Virus record (IMG/VR): IMGVR_UViG_3300012359_000002
Location: 1-64,000 of that record
Length of the DNA: 64,000 nt
Direction: 5' to 3' (one strand)
DNA from: a virus
The number at the start of each line of letters is the position of its first letter. Within the stretch, counting starts at the first letter, position 1. The translations under genes and the position numbers were made by a program. The notes below the pieces were generated by a model, which ran no database searches, was not told where the DNA came from, and worked only from the letters and a program-made list of their open reading frames with translations. Positions 16,499 to 27,255 of the stretch are shown here, in pieces.

Positions 16499-18663
16499 GA
16501 CTCGTCCTCCTCGACGCGCCGCTTGCCGTCGGGCCTGTTGCCGGCGTGGAACTCCTCTGCTTCGAGCAGCATCGGTGCCCACTGCAGGTACTCGGCGCGC
16601 GTGCGCGGATCGGCGAAGAACCGCTTGAAGTCACCAGGCGTGTACGCGCTCACGTTGAGCACCTCCGCTGGCGGGACGAAGAGCTGGCACTGGATCCGCG
16701 GCTGCGCGTCGTGGCGCCAGCTCTCGTTCACGCGTCTCCTCCACCACTCGTACTTGCAGCCCTTCGTTGGTGAGAAGCGCGTCACCTGGGCGAGCCGGCC
16801 CGGCCCGGGGTTGCCCTGCGGACGGAAGCGCTCGACGTCGTCGCGGTTGCGGTCACGCCAGTTCGACTGCCGGCGCGCGTTCTCCTTCACCGCCTCGACG
16901 TGCTCCCAGAAGATCTCCTGCCCCACCGTCCACGAGCCAGTCGTGAGGCTCTCGTTGAGCTTCGCGCGGTACGCCTCGAAGTCGGGCTTCTCGCCAGCCA
17001 CGAGGCCGCGCGTCGAGTCGAAGACAAGGTCGAGCGCGGCTGCGAAGCCGACGGGCTCCCAGAGCTTCCAGGCTGGGTGCGGGTGCAGGACCGGCGAGCG
17101 GTCGAGGAGGCCCTGCAGCACGAGCACGAGGCGGTTGTGCCGCTCCATCTCCTCGTGCAGGTGCGCCGTGACGTCGTCGTAGTAGACGCTCCCGATCGTG
17201 TAAGGCTCGTACTCGTCCGACTCGATGTGGACGTGGTGCTTCCACGGGCTGCTGTGAACCTCCGGGTGGGTGGGGCGCGAGGGGCACTTGACGCCGACCT
17301 CCTCCTCCGACGGCGGCGTCCACGACAGGCCACCGTTTTCATGCTTCTTGCCGCGCTTCTTCGCGGCTTCGTCGGCAATCGCGTACGCGGCGTCGAAGCG
17401 CGCCCTGTCGATCTTGTACTGGCGCTCCGCCAACTTGTGAACGGCGAGCTTGTGCCTATCTCCGTGCTCATGCTTCTTGTACTCCACCAGCTTCTCTTGA
17501 TATTCAGCCTCCGCTGCCGCTTCCGCGTGTTGCTCGCGCTGCACCATTTCGTCGTACTGAGACTTCGTGATGAGATTGTTGCTTCGCCTGTGGAAGTAGA
17601 TCTGCTCCTTCGACGACTTGTTCAGGATGTGGTGCTCGACGTCGGGGAACAGCTCGTGTCCGAACTCGATCTTGGTGTTGAGGCGGTAGACGCGATCGCC
17701 GTTGCGGATGTAGAGGAACGTGAACTTGTCGGCGTCCTCGATCCCACCGAGCTTGATCCTGATGAAGTCAGAGATCGTGACGATCTGCCGCTCCTTCGTG
17801 TGCCGCCGCACCTGAAATGCAATGATGCAGCGCGGGTGCGGAAGGATGCGCGAGAGGTTCTCCGCCCTAACGAGCCACGCGTCGAACTCGTGCAGATTCC
17901 TGTATTCCATGCCACCGGCGCGATAGTTCGCGAGGCACTCCTCGTCCATGTAGGCGCGGCGCTGGAAGAGCGACAGCTTCGCGCCGATCGGCGCCGGCTC
18001 GCCGTCTGCGATCTGCTCGACCGTCTCGACGAGGCCGGCGTACAACTCGACGTTGAAGATCCGCGACTCGATCGCCTTCAGCGCCGGGCGCATCGACTGA
18101 GCCTGCGCCTTGAGTGGAATGAGTCCCGCCTTCATCCACTTCCCCATCGCTTCGTTCTCTTCCTCGATCGCCTTGAACAGCTCGGGCAGCGTCTTGTCCT
18201 TGGCGAGCGAGAGAGCGGCCTTGTAGCCCTCGACCGACTCGCCCCCGCCGCGGAGTGCGAGCGCCTGCGTCTCGTTGCCGGCGGGCAGCGCGCCCGCGTT
18301 CGGCGCGATGGCGAGGCGCTCGGTGATCTCTTGCACGCGGCCCATGAGCTGGGCGGCCTTCACCTGATGCCCGCGGATCTTCTCCGCGATCATTGCCGGG
18401 GCGTTTGGCTCGAACACGCACAGATCCTCGAACGCGTCGAAGTGGATGCGCCACGTCGCGCCGTTCTTGTTTGTCAGCTCGGCGTAGTTCGTGCCAACGT
18501 GCGTGATGCAGACCAGCTCCTTCCCCACCGTCTTCTTCCCGTCGTCGTCCCGCTCAGTCACGCTGAGCTGGTACCAGTCGCCGATCTTGAGCGGCGCCTC
18601 GCGGCGTTCTTCACGTTCGGCGTCGCCCATCTGCGCCGGATTGCGCTGGATCTCGCGAGCCAT
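16495..18663 (-). CDS. Large hypothetical phage protein (~720 aa)
   Basis: Long ORF with typical codon bias; no motif recognised. Confidence 0.8.
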   Translation of the reverse strand: MAREIQRNPAQMGDAEREERREAPLKIGDWYQLSVTERDDDGKKTVGKELVCITHVGTNYAELTNKNGATWRIHFDAFEDLCVFEPNAPAMIAEKIRGHQVKAAQLMGRVQEITERLAIAPNAGALPAGNETQALALRGGGESVEGYKAALSLAKDKTLPELFKAIEEENEAMGKWMKAGLIPLKAQAQSMRPALKAIESRIFNVELYAGLVETVEQIADGEPAPIGAKLSLFQRRAYMDEECLANYRAGGMEYRNLHEFDAWLVRAENLSRILPHPRCIIAFQVRRHTKERQIVTISDFIRIKLGGIEDADKFTFLYIRNGDRVYRLNTKIEFGHELFPDVEHHILNKSSKEQIYFHRRSNNLITKSQYDEMVQREQHAEAAAEAEYQEKLVEYKKHEHGDRHKLAVHKLAERQYKIDRARFDAAYAIADEAAKKRGKKHENGGLSWTPPSEEEVGVKCPSRPTHPEVHSSPWKHHVHIESDEYEPYTIGSVYYDDVTAHLHEEMERHNRLVLVLQGLLDRSPVLHPHPAWKLWEPVGFAAALDLVFDSTRGLVAGEKPDFEAYRAKLNESLTTGSWTVGQEIFWEHVEAVKENARRQSNWRDRNRDDVERFRPQGNPGPGRLAQVTRFSPTKGCKYEWWRRRVNESWRHDAQPRIQCQLFVPPAEVLNVSAYTPGDFKRFFADPRTRAEYLQWAPMLLEAEEFHAGNRPDGKRRVEEDES

Positions 18664-18665
18664 GA

Positions 18666-19457
18666 TTAGACCTTCCACCACTCGACGACGGCGCCGCGCG
18701 TCCGCTTGCCGGTGGCGCGTTCGTACGTGGCGCTGTGCTTCATGACGAGATCGAAGAGCTTCTTCTTCGCGTCGGCGAGCTTCGCGATTTGCTCTTTCGA
18801 GATCACCTGCTTGTCCGCCGTGCGGCGCACCGTGGCCTTCTTGCGCGACTTCGCCGTGGACTCATCGACGTCGATCGTGTCGAATGCGCGCTTCGCGTGA
18901 ATCGGTGCGTTGAGGACATCGCGGTGTCTGGTCTCGATTTCGTACACCTCATGCCGCGCATCTTCGTCAGCTTTCTGTGCCGACCGCTTCGCATTGCACG
19001 CGTCGGTGAATTTCGCGTCGTGCGCGACGATGTTGCTCTCGATCACCGCCAGGAACTGATCGTAGAGTTCCCCACCGTCGCAGCGCCTTCCCTGAAGGAC
19101 GCCGCCGGGCATCGACTTCGCCTCCTCGCGAGTACAGCCGATTTGCTCGGCGGCGACAGCGAGAAACTTCTCCGTGAAGGGACGCACGCCCCTGACCTTG
19201 CGTGCTTTCAGGACGCCCAGTCGGATCGCCGCGTCGCGGTAGGTCACACGTTCTGCTTCGCGCGTGTTGTTTACGCGCTGCTCGGTCTTCTCCTTCTTCT
19301 CCTGCGCGGCCTTCAGCTCCTTCCCCTCCGGCGACGCGTTGAACACGTTGAGGGCCTTGTGCGTCTCCCCGAGCACCTTCAGTGCCTCCGCGCGCCGCGT
19401 GGTCCAGACGCTTGGCTTCTCCTTGACCCTCTCCTCGACCTTCGCCTTCGTCGTCAT
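18666..19457 (-). CDS. Basic coiled-coil hypothetical protein
   Basis: GGGGAG RBS before MTTKAKVEE. Confidence 0.65.
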   Translation of the reverse strand: MTTKAKVEERVKEKPSVWTTRRAEALKVLGETHKALNVFNASPEGKELKAAQEKKEKTEQRVNNTREAERVTYRDAAIRLGVLKARKVRGVRPFTEKFLAVAAEQIGCTREEAKSMPGGVLQGRRCDGGELYDQFLAVIESNIVAHDAKFTDACNAKRSAQKADEDARHEVYEIETRHRDVLNAPIHAKRAFDTIDVDESTAKSRKKATVRRTADKQVISKEQIAKLADAKKKLFDLVMKHSATYERATGKRTRGAVVEWWKV

Positions 19458-19480
19458 TGTCGTTCTCCCCTCAGTGCGCG

Positions 19481-19705
19481 CTACGACTTCGCGGCGCGTG
19501 CGAGCGCCCGGCGGGCCTTCTGGAAGCGGTCCTCGTGTGCCACGCCGAGTGCGACCGGCTTGCCGTCCTTCCAGACCGACGGCTTCGAGCGCTTGTAGTC
19601 CCAGGCGATGCACGAGTCGCCCGCCTTCACCTTGCACGTCGGGCACGCGGTGAGCGCGCGAGCATGGTCCTCGATCGCCTTCGACTGCTCCTCGGTGAGC
19701 TTCAC
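19481..19705 (-). CDS. Small zinc-finger protein
   Basis: CPTCKVKAGDSC..HEDR. Confidence 0.55.
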   Translation of the reverse strand: MKLTEEQSKAIEDHARALTACPTCKVKAGDSCIAWDYKRSKPSVWKDGKPVALGVAHEDRFQKARRALARAAKS

Positions 19706-20352
19706 GTTGCCTCCGCTGCAACGAAGTGGTTGTTCTTGAGGCACGCGTAGCCCATTGCCGTTCCGTCAAGCATGTTGAGACGCTTGAAGCCGGCGCCGCA
19801 GATCGGGCAGCGCCCCTTCACTTCGTCACGGTAGGTGAGCTTCGCGATCTCCGTTGCGCTGAGCGCATCCTCGGGGCGCAGCTCGGGGCGGAAGTCCGTC
19901 TGCCGCGCCTTGCCCGGCTGCCGCTCGCCACCACCCGGCGCGGAGCCCTCGGAGACGAGGCGCTCGGAGTAGCCGAACGGGAACCAGCGATCGGTGCGGC
20001 CCTCGAACGAGAGCGCGGGGAAGCACCACAGGTGATACTGGTTGCAGGTGTCGACGAGGCGATCCTCGTCGGGGTAGATCTCGACCGCCTCGACGTGCTC
20101 GCCCACCAGCTCGTTCTTGATCTGCTGCATCTCGCGCCAGTTGTGGCGGGGCTGGCGGTCGAGCGTCTTGAACGAGAGCCACACGACGACGTTGAGCGGC
20201 GCGGGCATCTTCCGTGCCTCGACCTCCACTTGATAGATCGAGTTGACGAAGGTGCGCGTCGACTCGTTGCGCGCGCCGGCACGCTGCTCGATGAAGACCT
20301 CAGTAAACGGCGTCCACTTCACCTGATCCCAGTTGCGGTCGCTCTTGCTCAT
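19702..20352 (-). CDS. Phage-type hypothetical protein
   Basis: WREMQQIKNELVG..AVEIYP..RLVD..NQYHLW, a motif I recall from phage proteins. Confidence 0.7.
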   Translation of the reverse strand: MSKSDRNWDQVKWTPFTEVFIEQRAGARNESTRTFVNSIYQVEVEARKMPAPLNVVVWLSFKTLDRQPRHNWREMQQIKNELVGEHVEAVEIYPDEDRLVDTCNQYHLWCFPALSFEGRTDRWFPFGYSERLVSEGSAPGGGERQPGKARQTDFRPELRPEDALSATEIAKLTYRDEVKGRCPICGAGFKRLNMLDGTAMGYACLKNNHFVAAEAT

Positions 20353-21809
20353 AATCCCCTCTGCGCGTCGTCGATCGCATCCTGCTCGGTCTTGAACGGA
20401 CCCGAGGGCTCGCCGTCGGGGAGGCACCCCGGGAAGCACGCCCACCAGTACCAACCTGGCTCGATGCCGGCGACGGCTGTGCTCTGCATCCGCGAGGTGG
20501 CGCCGTCGAAGAAGAAGGTCTCGAACGATCCGCCGTCCTTGAACTTGTAGTAGCTCACGTCTCCTCCCAGAAGTTCCGGCAGACGTAGACCGCCTCGACC
20601 CAGCCGTCGCCCAGGTACAGGTACCCGTGCTCCTCGCCGATTCGCTCCCCGCACATGACGCACTCGGCGCGGCGCTGCTTCGGCCGATCACGGTACTGGT
20701 TCGGCGGCTGCAGCTTCGCTTCGCTGCGCCTCACCTTGCTGGGGTGGTTCTCCGGCACCGGGCACGGCGCCTCACCGCTCGACGTGAAGTATTTTAAAAG
20801 CTCCCACTTCTTCCCGTCCTCGGCGTCGAAGAAGACGCGGCGCACGCCCCCGTGGATCGCGCACGTCACGACGGTACGACACGTCGCCGGCCACTCCGGG
20901 TGCAGCTCAGGCTCCTCGCGCTCCGTCACGTAGCTGGGTGCATCCTCACACCAGTAGCGCCACGTCGAGCAGTACAGCTCGTGCTCGGGCACGCGCTCGC
21001 CCTCGGGTGTGAAGGTCGTCGCGTCCACGTCCGACTCGGACTCGTAGACGACGCGCCAGGGTGCGTCGCTCAGCTCGCCACCGGTGAGGCCGAAGATCCA
21101 CTCCACCTGCTCGCGCTCGTGCGCCAACTCCTCCTCGCGCATTGTCTCGCTCACGACTCGCCTCGCCCACCGCTCGGTGCGGTGATCACGTAGCGTGGGT
21201 CACCGCTCGGCGTGCCGTTCGGATTGACCGAGCCGGCGGGCGGCGTGCAGCGGGCGACGAGCGCCCGCGCCTCTCCGATGAGACGCGGCAGGGGCGTGTC
21301 GCCCAGAACCGAGGTCGAGAGGTTGTCGTACGCGGCAACGAGCCGGTCGAGGATGTCGAGCGCCTCCGGCCCGGCGGCGAGGCTCGCGCCATGTGCCTCG
21401 GCCCACGGCTCGACGTACGCGATCACGTAGCCGACGTGGTGCTTGCGCGCGAACTCGGGGCGCGCGGCGGGGTGGTACTGCACGATCGCCGCGCGCGTTC
21501 TGTTCACGGGGTGGACCGGCGCGAAGGCGAGACGCTGCAAGAACTTCGGTGCGGTCTTCGTTGTCATTGTCATTTCCCCTCGGTGAAGTCGATCATCCCT
21601 GCTGCCATGAGCACTTCGAAACCGTAGACGCGCATCGACTGGCACTCCGTGTTGTGGCACCTGTACTTGCGCGCATCAGGCTCGACGTCGCCTTGCTCCT
21701 GCTGGCACCCGAGGCAGACGCCGGTGTTCTCGTCGAGTGTGCGGCGATACTCCAGCTCCGTCATCACCACCTTCACCGCGCGGTGGTTCGCGTTGTAGAC
21801 GATCCGCAC
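20349..21809 (-). CDS. Four overlapping small hypothetical genes (20349-20558, 20555-21154, 21151-21573, 21570-21809)
   Basis: Chained 4-bp overlaps; several CxxC motifs. Confidence 0.55.
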
Positions 21810-21811
21810 GG

Positions 21812-24721
21812 CTAGGCCCCCTCGACGTTCATCGAACCGTGGCACGTAGGATAACGAACGCACCCGAAGAACTTCCGACCGGCGGACATCACCGTGCGCT
21901 CCTGAAGAGACGCGCCGCACCGCGGACACTGACGCATGAACGTCGGTGCCAGCTCGGCGATCCTGCTCAGCAGTGTGACGCGCCAGCCACGCGTGCGACA
22001 CGCGTAGGGCAGCTTCTTGTGCAGCGCCTTCGTCGTGCCATCGTTGCCCTCGTACACGGCGGCGACCTTGATCGAGTCCTCGCCGACGTCGCGCGCGTCG
22101 GAGCCACCCAGCTCGATCGAGGTGTAGACGCGCAGGTGCTTCACGCCGTGCTCGCCCGCGTCGAGCGTGAACTCCAACACACGCTGGTGCATGCTGGCCT
22201 CGACCTCGCGGCCGGCGCCGACGAAGCCCAGCGGGGCGAGGAGCGCCTCGAACTGCGCGAGCGTCGGCTGGACGAAGCGCCCGCCCTCGCCGGCCGAGGC
22301 GGCAGGCTCCGCCGCGGTGGCCTGTTCAGCGTGCAGGATGGCTCGACCGAACGCTTCAGCCCCAAACAGGGCGCCGACATCCTGCTTTGCCGTCTCGTCG
22401 ACCGGCGCAGGAGCCTCCACGACCGCCTGGGGCTGCACAGGCGCTGCGATCTCGACCGCCGGGACCGTCGGGAAGGCATCGAGTTCCGCGCGCACCTGCG
22501 AGGCGGCGAGCTTGCCAGCCTCGTCGGCGGCCGGCTCGACGTCGGGCAGGGGCTCGCCGCCCCCGTCGTCCTCGGGGTTGAACCCGGGGACGTAGTCGAG
22601 GAACACGGAGGGGCCGGCGTCGTTGTCGCGGAGGTCGACCTCGGAGTAGGTGAGCGCGAGGACGTCCTTCGCGCGCGTCGCGGCGACGTAGAAGAGCCGC
22701 TCCTCCTCCTCGAAGCGGTCGCCGGTGGCGCGGGCGTGCGGGAAGTTGCCGGCGGAGCAGGAGACGAACACCGTCGACCACTCCAGACCCTTCGCCTTGT
22801 GGATCGTCGAGATCGTGACGCGACCGGCGGGCAGCTCGAAGCCACCGTCGACCGACTTCGCCTCGACGACCTCACCGGCGCATCGCCCAGCGAAGTCGAG
22901 GAAGGCCTGCGCGGTGAAGAAGTCCTTCGCGAGGGAGGCGACCGCGGCGACGATGCCCGAGCGGTCGGCGTCAGCCTCGCCCGCGTCGTCAGCCTCGACC
23001 GGCGCGAGGAGCTTCACGATCATGGACACGCCCGCCGGCCACTCGGCCGCGCGCAGCTCGGTGAGGAAGCGGTAGAGGTCGCGGGCGGCGTCGCGCTGGC
23101 GGCTGTTGAGGCGCTCGGTGGCGGTGTTGATCTTCGCGAGGAGGTTCGCGCCGGGCGCCGCGCGGACCGCCTCGACGAACTTGGCGCCGAGGTACCGGCG
23201 GGGCTTGTTCACGATCCGCGCGAACGCGTCCATGTCGTCGTTCACGGAGAGGCTGATGTACGCGAGGGCGTTCTGGACCTCGTAGCGCTTGAAGAAGGGC
23301 TGCCCGCCGACGACGACGCAGGGGATACCGGCGCCGACCAGGGCGGCCTCGAAGGCGCCGCTCATTGCGTTGGTGCGGCAGAGGATCGCGAACGAGTCGA
23401 GCGAGGCGCCATCGTGCGTCGCGGCGCGGATGGAGGCGGCGACCTCGCGGCCCTCGACGGAGGGGTCCTCGTATCCCTTCACCGAGACCGTGCCAGCGTC
23501 GGCGCGCGCGGCGGAGGCGTCGGCGCCGAGGGACCACTCCTTGCCCTCTGCGACCGCGTTGCCGAGGTCGACGATCGCCTTCGCCGAGCGGTAGTTCGTG
23601 TCGAGTTCGAGCGTCGAGGCGCCGATCGCCTTGTCCGCAGTGAGGAAGAGCTTCGGGAAGGCGCCGCGCCACGAGTAGATGGACTGGCGGACGTCGCCGA
23701 CGAGGATCAGGGTGCCGGCGCGGGCGAGCAGGCGGGCGATGTTGATCTGCAGCTCGCTGTTATCCTGCGCCTCGTCCACCACCACCACGAGGCCGGGCGT
23801 CGGCTGCGCGTTCACGAGGACGTCGTGGTAGGCCTGCAGCGCGTCGGCGAAGTCCCAGGCGCCGAGGGCGCGCTTCGCGTCCTGCACCATGCCCCAGGCG
23901 CGCGAAAGGTACGGGATCCCGTGGTCCTGCTCGACCTCTGCGACGGCCGCGTCGAGCGCGCCACCGACGAGCCCGTGCGAGCGGAGGACGTCGATCGCGA
24001 GCTGGTAGGTCTTGATCTCCGGCTCTTCGAGGCCGAGGCCCTCGACGCCGGTGCCGGGCACACCCTCGACGCCAGCGTAGCTGAGCACCGAGGACCAGAG
24101 CTTCGCGGAGGACGGGATCCCGCGGGCGCGGCGACCGATGTCCAGGCAGTGGCCCATGTCCCAGGCGCCGTTCCCGCGAAGTGCGCGGAGCGCGAGACCG
24201 TGGAACGTGCCGACGCGCATCATGTCGAGGGCGCCGGGCGGGAGAACCGCGGCGAGGCGCGTCGCCAGCTCCTTGCCAGCCTTGGAGGTGAAGGTCGTGG
24301 CGACGATCTGCGTCGCGTTGCGGTGCGAGTTCCAGACGAGCCCGGCGAGGAAGGCGACGGTCGTCGTGGTCTTGCCCGAGCCGGCGGCGGCGACGACGCG
24401 GAGGTTGCCGGTCGCGGGGTCGAAGTTGAAGATCTTGCTCTGGTTCGCGTCGAGGCGCGCCGTGAGCGCGTCGAAGGCCTCGCGCGCCGCGCTGTAGCTG
24501 GGGCGCGGCAGCTCGACCGGAGCGGCGACCGACTCGACGGGCTCCAGATCGGTGGCGGGCGTGCCGTCGGAGGCGACCGGCGCGGCGGAGCCAGCGGAGA
24601 ACTTGACCGTCTTGCGGCACTTGGGGAAGCCGGTGCAGCCCCAGAACTGGCCGAAGGAGCCGGAGCGCAGCTTCATCTCGGAACCGCAGGAGGGGCAGGA
24701 AGGGGAGGCAGCGGATGTCAT
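21812..24721 (-). CDS. UvrD/PcrA-like SF1 helicase with topoisomerase-type C4 zinc ribbons at both ends
   Basis: AAAGSGKT, VDEAQD, VGDVRQSIYSWRGA, NYRS, TIHKAKGLEW, EERLFYVAATRAK; CPSCG..FWGCTGFPKC and CPRCG..FFGCVRYPTC. Confidence 0.92.
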   Translation of the reverse strand: MTSAASPSCPSCGSEMKLRSGSFGQFWGCTGFPKCRKTVKFSAGSAAPVASDGTPATDLEPVESVAAPVELPRPSYSAAREAFDALTARLDANQSKIFNFDPATGNLRVVAAAGSGKTTTTVAFLAGLVWNSHRNATQIVATTFTSKAGKELATRLAAVLPPGALDMMRVGTFHGLALRALRGNGAWDMGHCLDIGRRARGIPSSAKLWSSVLSYAGVEGVPGTGVEGLGLEEPEIKTYQLAIDVLRSHGLVGGALDAAVAEVEQDHGIPYLSRAWGMVQDAKRALGAWDFADALQAYHDVLVNAQPTPGLVVVVDEAQDNSELQINIARLLARAGTLILVGDVRQSIYSWRGAFPKLFLTADKAIGASTLELDTNYRSAKAIVDLGNAVAEGKEWSLGADASAARADAGTVSVKGYEDPSVEGREVAASIRAATHDGASLDSFAILCRTNAMSGAFEAALVGAGIPCVVVGGQPFFKRYEVQNALAYISLSVNDDMDAFARIVNKPRRYLGAKFVEAVRAAPGANLLAKINTATERLNSRQRDAARDLYRFLTELRAAEWPAGVSMIVKLLAPVEADDAGEADADRSGIVAAVASLAKDFFTAQAFLDFAGRCAGEVVEAKSVDGGFELPAGRVTISTIHKAKGLEWSTVFVSCSAGNFPHARATGDRFEEEERLFYVAATRAKDVLALTYSEVDLRDNDAGPSVFLDYVPGFNPEDDGGGEPLPDVEPAADEAGKLAASQVRAELDAFPTVPAVEIAAPVQPQAVVEAPAPVDETAKQDVGALFGAEAFGRAILHAEQATAAEPAASAGEGGRFVQPTLAQFEALLAPLGFVGAGREVEASMHQRVLEFTLDAGEHGVKHLRVYTSIELGGSDARDVGEDSIKVAAVYEGNDGTTKALHKKLPYACRTRGWRVTLLSRIAELAPTFMRQCPRCGASLQERTVMSAGRKFFGCVRYPTCHGSMNVEGA

Positions 24722-24780
24722 TTTAAAACTTCCTTTCGGGCCCGGCTCGCGGCCGGTAGAAGCACTCTCGCACAACTTCA

Positions 24781-24814
24781 GTGTCCGATCAAGCACCAGT
24801 GCTTGATCGGACAC
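24781..24814. promoter_or_regulatory. Perfect 16-bp inverted repeat upstream of the UvrD gene
   Basis: GTGTCCGATCAAGCAC-CA-GTGCTTGATCGGACAC. Confidence 0.7.
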
Positions 24815-24855
24815 CGGTTTCTTCTGGACGGCAGAACTACAGGGGTTTTTCGGCC

Positions 24856-25218
24856 CTACTTGACCGGGATCAGGACACCGATGAACCGGTACCGGCCGGG
24901 CTGGAGCCGCGAGCCGCGCCCGCCGGAGTAGCCGATCGGCGCGCTCCGCCCGTCCAGGTAGAGCCCGAACATCACTTCGGCGTCGCGCTCGCCGAGCCCC
25001 CAGTTCTTGGTGTCGATCGTGTCGGTGGTGAAGGCGGCAGCTTCCACCACGATCTTCGCGAGATCACCGTTGCTGCCGGTGAACGTCGCGGCCTGCGCGT
25101 CGAGCATGCGTGACTGCTGCTCAGCGAGCGCGTGGATCCGCGCCACGGCGTTCTTGATCTCCTCCTCGGCCTTCTCTGCGATGTTCCGTCTCACATCGTC
25201 GACTGTCAGTAACTTCAC
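24856..25218 (-). CDS. Hypothetical protein
   Basis: GGAGG RBS; 120 aa. Confidence 0.6.
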   Translation of the reverse strand: MKLLTVDDVRRNIAEKAEEEIKNAVARIHALAEQQSRMLDAQAATFTGSNGDLAKIVVEAAAFTTDTIDTKNWGLGERDAEVMFGLYLDGRSAPIGYSGGRGSRLQPGRYRFIGVLIPVK

Positions 25219-25230
25219 GGTGTGTCCTCC

Positions 25231-27255
25231 TCACTCCAAGAGCTTGTCGATCTTCCGCTGCTTGCGCGGCACCTTCCGCGTCGACTCGTCGGCCGCCGGG
25301 CCCTGGTTCTTCTGCTCTTTCACCTCCTTCGCCGCGCGCGCCTTCTCCGCGGCGTTGCGGCGATCGCGCTCGGCGGTCTCGCGATCGCGCCGGCAGTCGA
25401 GGCAGTGCGCGCCGGAGATGCCGTGAGCGCACGATCCGACGCTGATGTAGTCGCCCGCCTCGCGCTCCAGATCCGCGAGGCCCTTGCGCTCCACCGCTTC
25501 GAGATCGATCGGCGCCGGCTCGGTGCCGGTGCGGATCACCGTCCAGCCCGACGGCGGGTCGAGCGGCTCGGTGGTGGTGGCGATGATCACCTGGGCGGGC
25601 GCGGCTTCGAGCGCACGCATGACGCGCCCGAGGCTCGTGGGGTCCCAGCTTCGGTCGTCGGGGATGATCACGGCGAGCGCTTCGCTGTCACCCAGGTACG
25701 CCGACGCGAGTGCCGCGGAGAGCCGCGCCCACTCGGCGCCGGAGAGCGCGGAGTCGTAGCGGTCGGGCGCGCCACCGGTGATGTCGCCTTGCACCTCCGC
25801 GGAGCGCGCAAAGCCGTAGCGGCAAATCTCACGCTCGCCGTCGCGGAGCTGCAGGAAGAACCGATCGCTCGGCGGGAGGAAGTGCTGCACCTTCTCGGTG
25901 AAGGCGGTGACTGCCCCATCGAGGAGCGTCCCGATCGTCTCCTTCAGCGCGTCCTCGAACCCCGACCACTGCGTCGACTGGATCGTGCGCTCGGCGGCGA
26001 TGTCGCGCGAGCGGCGCGCCTGCTCCCAGGCGCTGGAGCCGCGCTCCAGCCGGATCACCTCCGCCTCGCAGGTGACCTCGCGCGCCTTCGCGTCAGCGAG
26101 CGCGACCTCGATCAGGTCGGGCGTGTTGTAGAGCGGCACCTCCTCGCCAGGCGCGGGCGCGTCGTCCTCGCGGGAGAAGGCGAGCAGCGTTGCCTCCGCC
26201 TGGCGGTGACGCTCCTTCGCCTGCTGGATCTGCCGCGTGAGCCGCGTGTGCTCTTCGAGTTGCGCCGCCCGCTCGGCGTGCTTCGCGCCGACGGGTACGA
26301 GGCGCTCACCCCAGAACGCGGAGGTGAACTTCTGCTCGTCCTGGCCCTCACCCCGCTCCTGCTGCTTGCAGCACGGGCACGCGCCGAGCCCTTTCATCCG
26401 CGCGAAGTTCAGAAGCTCGACGAGGTGCTCGCGCACGCGATCGGCCTCGGCCGGCGCGGGAATCACGGCGAGCGCTTCGGTGAGCCTGTCGATCTCGGCG
26501 CTGGCGGTGTCGGCGGAAGTGACACACTCGGCGATGCGCTGTGCGTTCGCGAGACCGTGCCGGAGCGCGATCACCTCGTTGCGTGCGGTGACGAGCGCGG
26601 CGCGCGCCGCCTGGATCTGCCCGGCGCTGATCGCCTGCAGGCCCTGCGTCGTCTCGGTGACGATCGCGGTGGACGTCTTCGCCTCGCTCGCGAGATCCCG
26701 CTTGCGCTCGCTGGCCTTGCTGAGCGCGTGCAGGAGGAGGTCCACCGCGGCGGTGTTGATCGGCGTTCCGACGATCACCTCCTCGAAGAGCTTGTGGTAT
26801 GGGCCGGGCAGGCTGTTCGTCACGTCCTCCTGCGTGACCTTCCCCGCCACCATGCGCAGGAAGAACTTGCGCACCGTGTCGACCGCGCCGCCGAGCGACT
26901 CGCGCACCTCGCGCAGCGGGAACGCGTTCGGGTGGAGCGCGGTCGTCGACTTCTTCCCCTTCGTCTCGACGCGCACGAGACCTTCGATCTCGTGCTCCAG
27001 CAGAAGCGCCTCGGAGAAGATCGCCTCGCCCGGTCCGAGCGTGAGGAGCTGGTTCACGTCGGCGACGGTCGTGCGGCCGACGACGTCCGAGATCTTCGCG
27101 GTGAGCGCGTACTCCAGCGAGTTCGTGATCGCGCTCTTCCCGCTGCCGTTCGGGCCGACGATGAGCGTGCGGTAGCCCAGCTCGACGTCGACACCGCCCT
27201 TCAGGTTCGACTTCACGTGCTTCACGTAGGGTCGCATTTTCATCTCCTGGCTCAT
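25231..27255 (-). CDS. SMC/Rad50-like ABC ATPase
   Basis: GPNGSGKS Walker A, coiled coils with a central CPCC hook, LSGAE signature, IIPDD Walker B. Confidence 0.8.
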   Translation of the reverse strand: MSQEMKMRPYVKHVKSNLKGGVDVELGYRTLIVGPNGSGKSAITNSLEYALTAKISDVVGRTTVADVNQLLTLGPGEAIFSEALLLEHEIEGLVRVETKGKKSTTALHPNAFPLREVRESLGGAVDTVRKFFLRMVAGKVTQEDVTNSLPGPYHKLFEEVIVGTPINTAAVDLLLHALSKASERKRDLASEAKTSTAIVTETTQGLQAISAGQIQAARAALVTARNEVIALRHGLANAQRIAECVTSADTASAEIDRLTEALAVIPAPAEADRVREHLVELLNFARMKGLGACPCCKQQERGEGQDEQKFTSAFWGERLVPVGAKHAERAAQLEEHTRLTRQIQQAKERHRQAEATLLAFSREDDAPAPGEEVPLYNTPDLIEVALADAKAREVTCEAEVIRLERGSSAWEQARRSRDIAAERTIQSTQWSGFEDALKETIGTLLDGAVTAFTEKVQHFLPPSDRFFLQLRDGEREICRYGFARSAEVQGDITGGAPDRYDSALSGAEWARLSAALASAYLGDSEALAVIIPDDRSWDPTSLGRVMRALEAAPAQVIIATTTEPLDPPSGWTVIRTGTEPAPIDLEAVERKGLADLEREAGDYISVGSCAHGISGAHCLDCRRDRETAERDRRNAAEKARAAKEVKEQKNQGPAADESTRKVPRKQRKIDKLLE

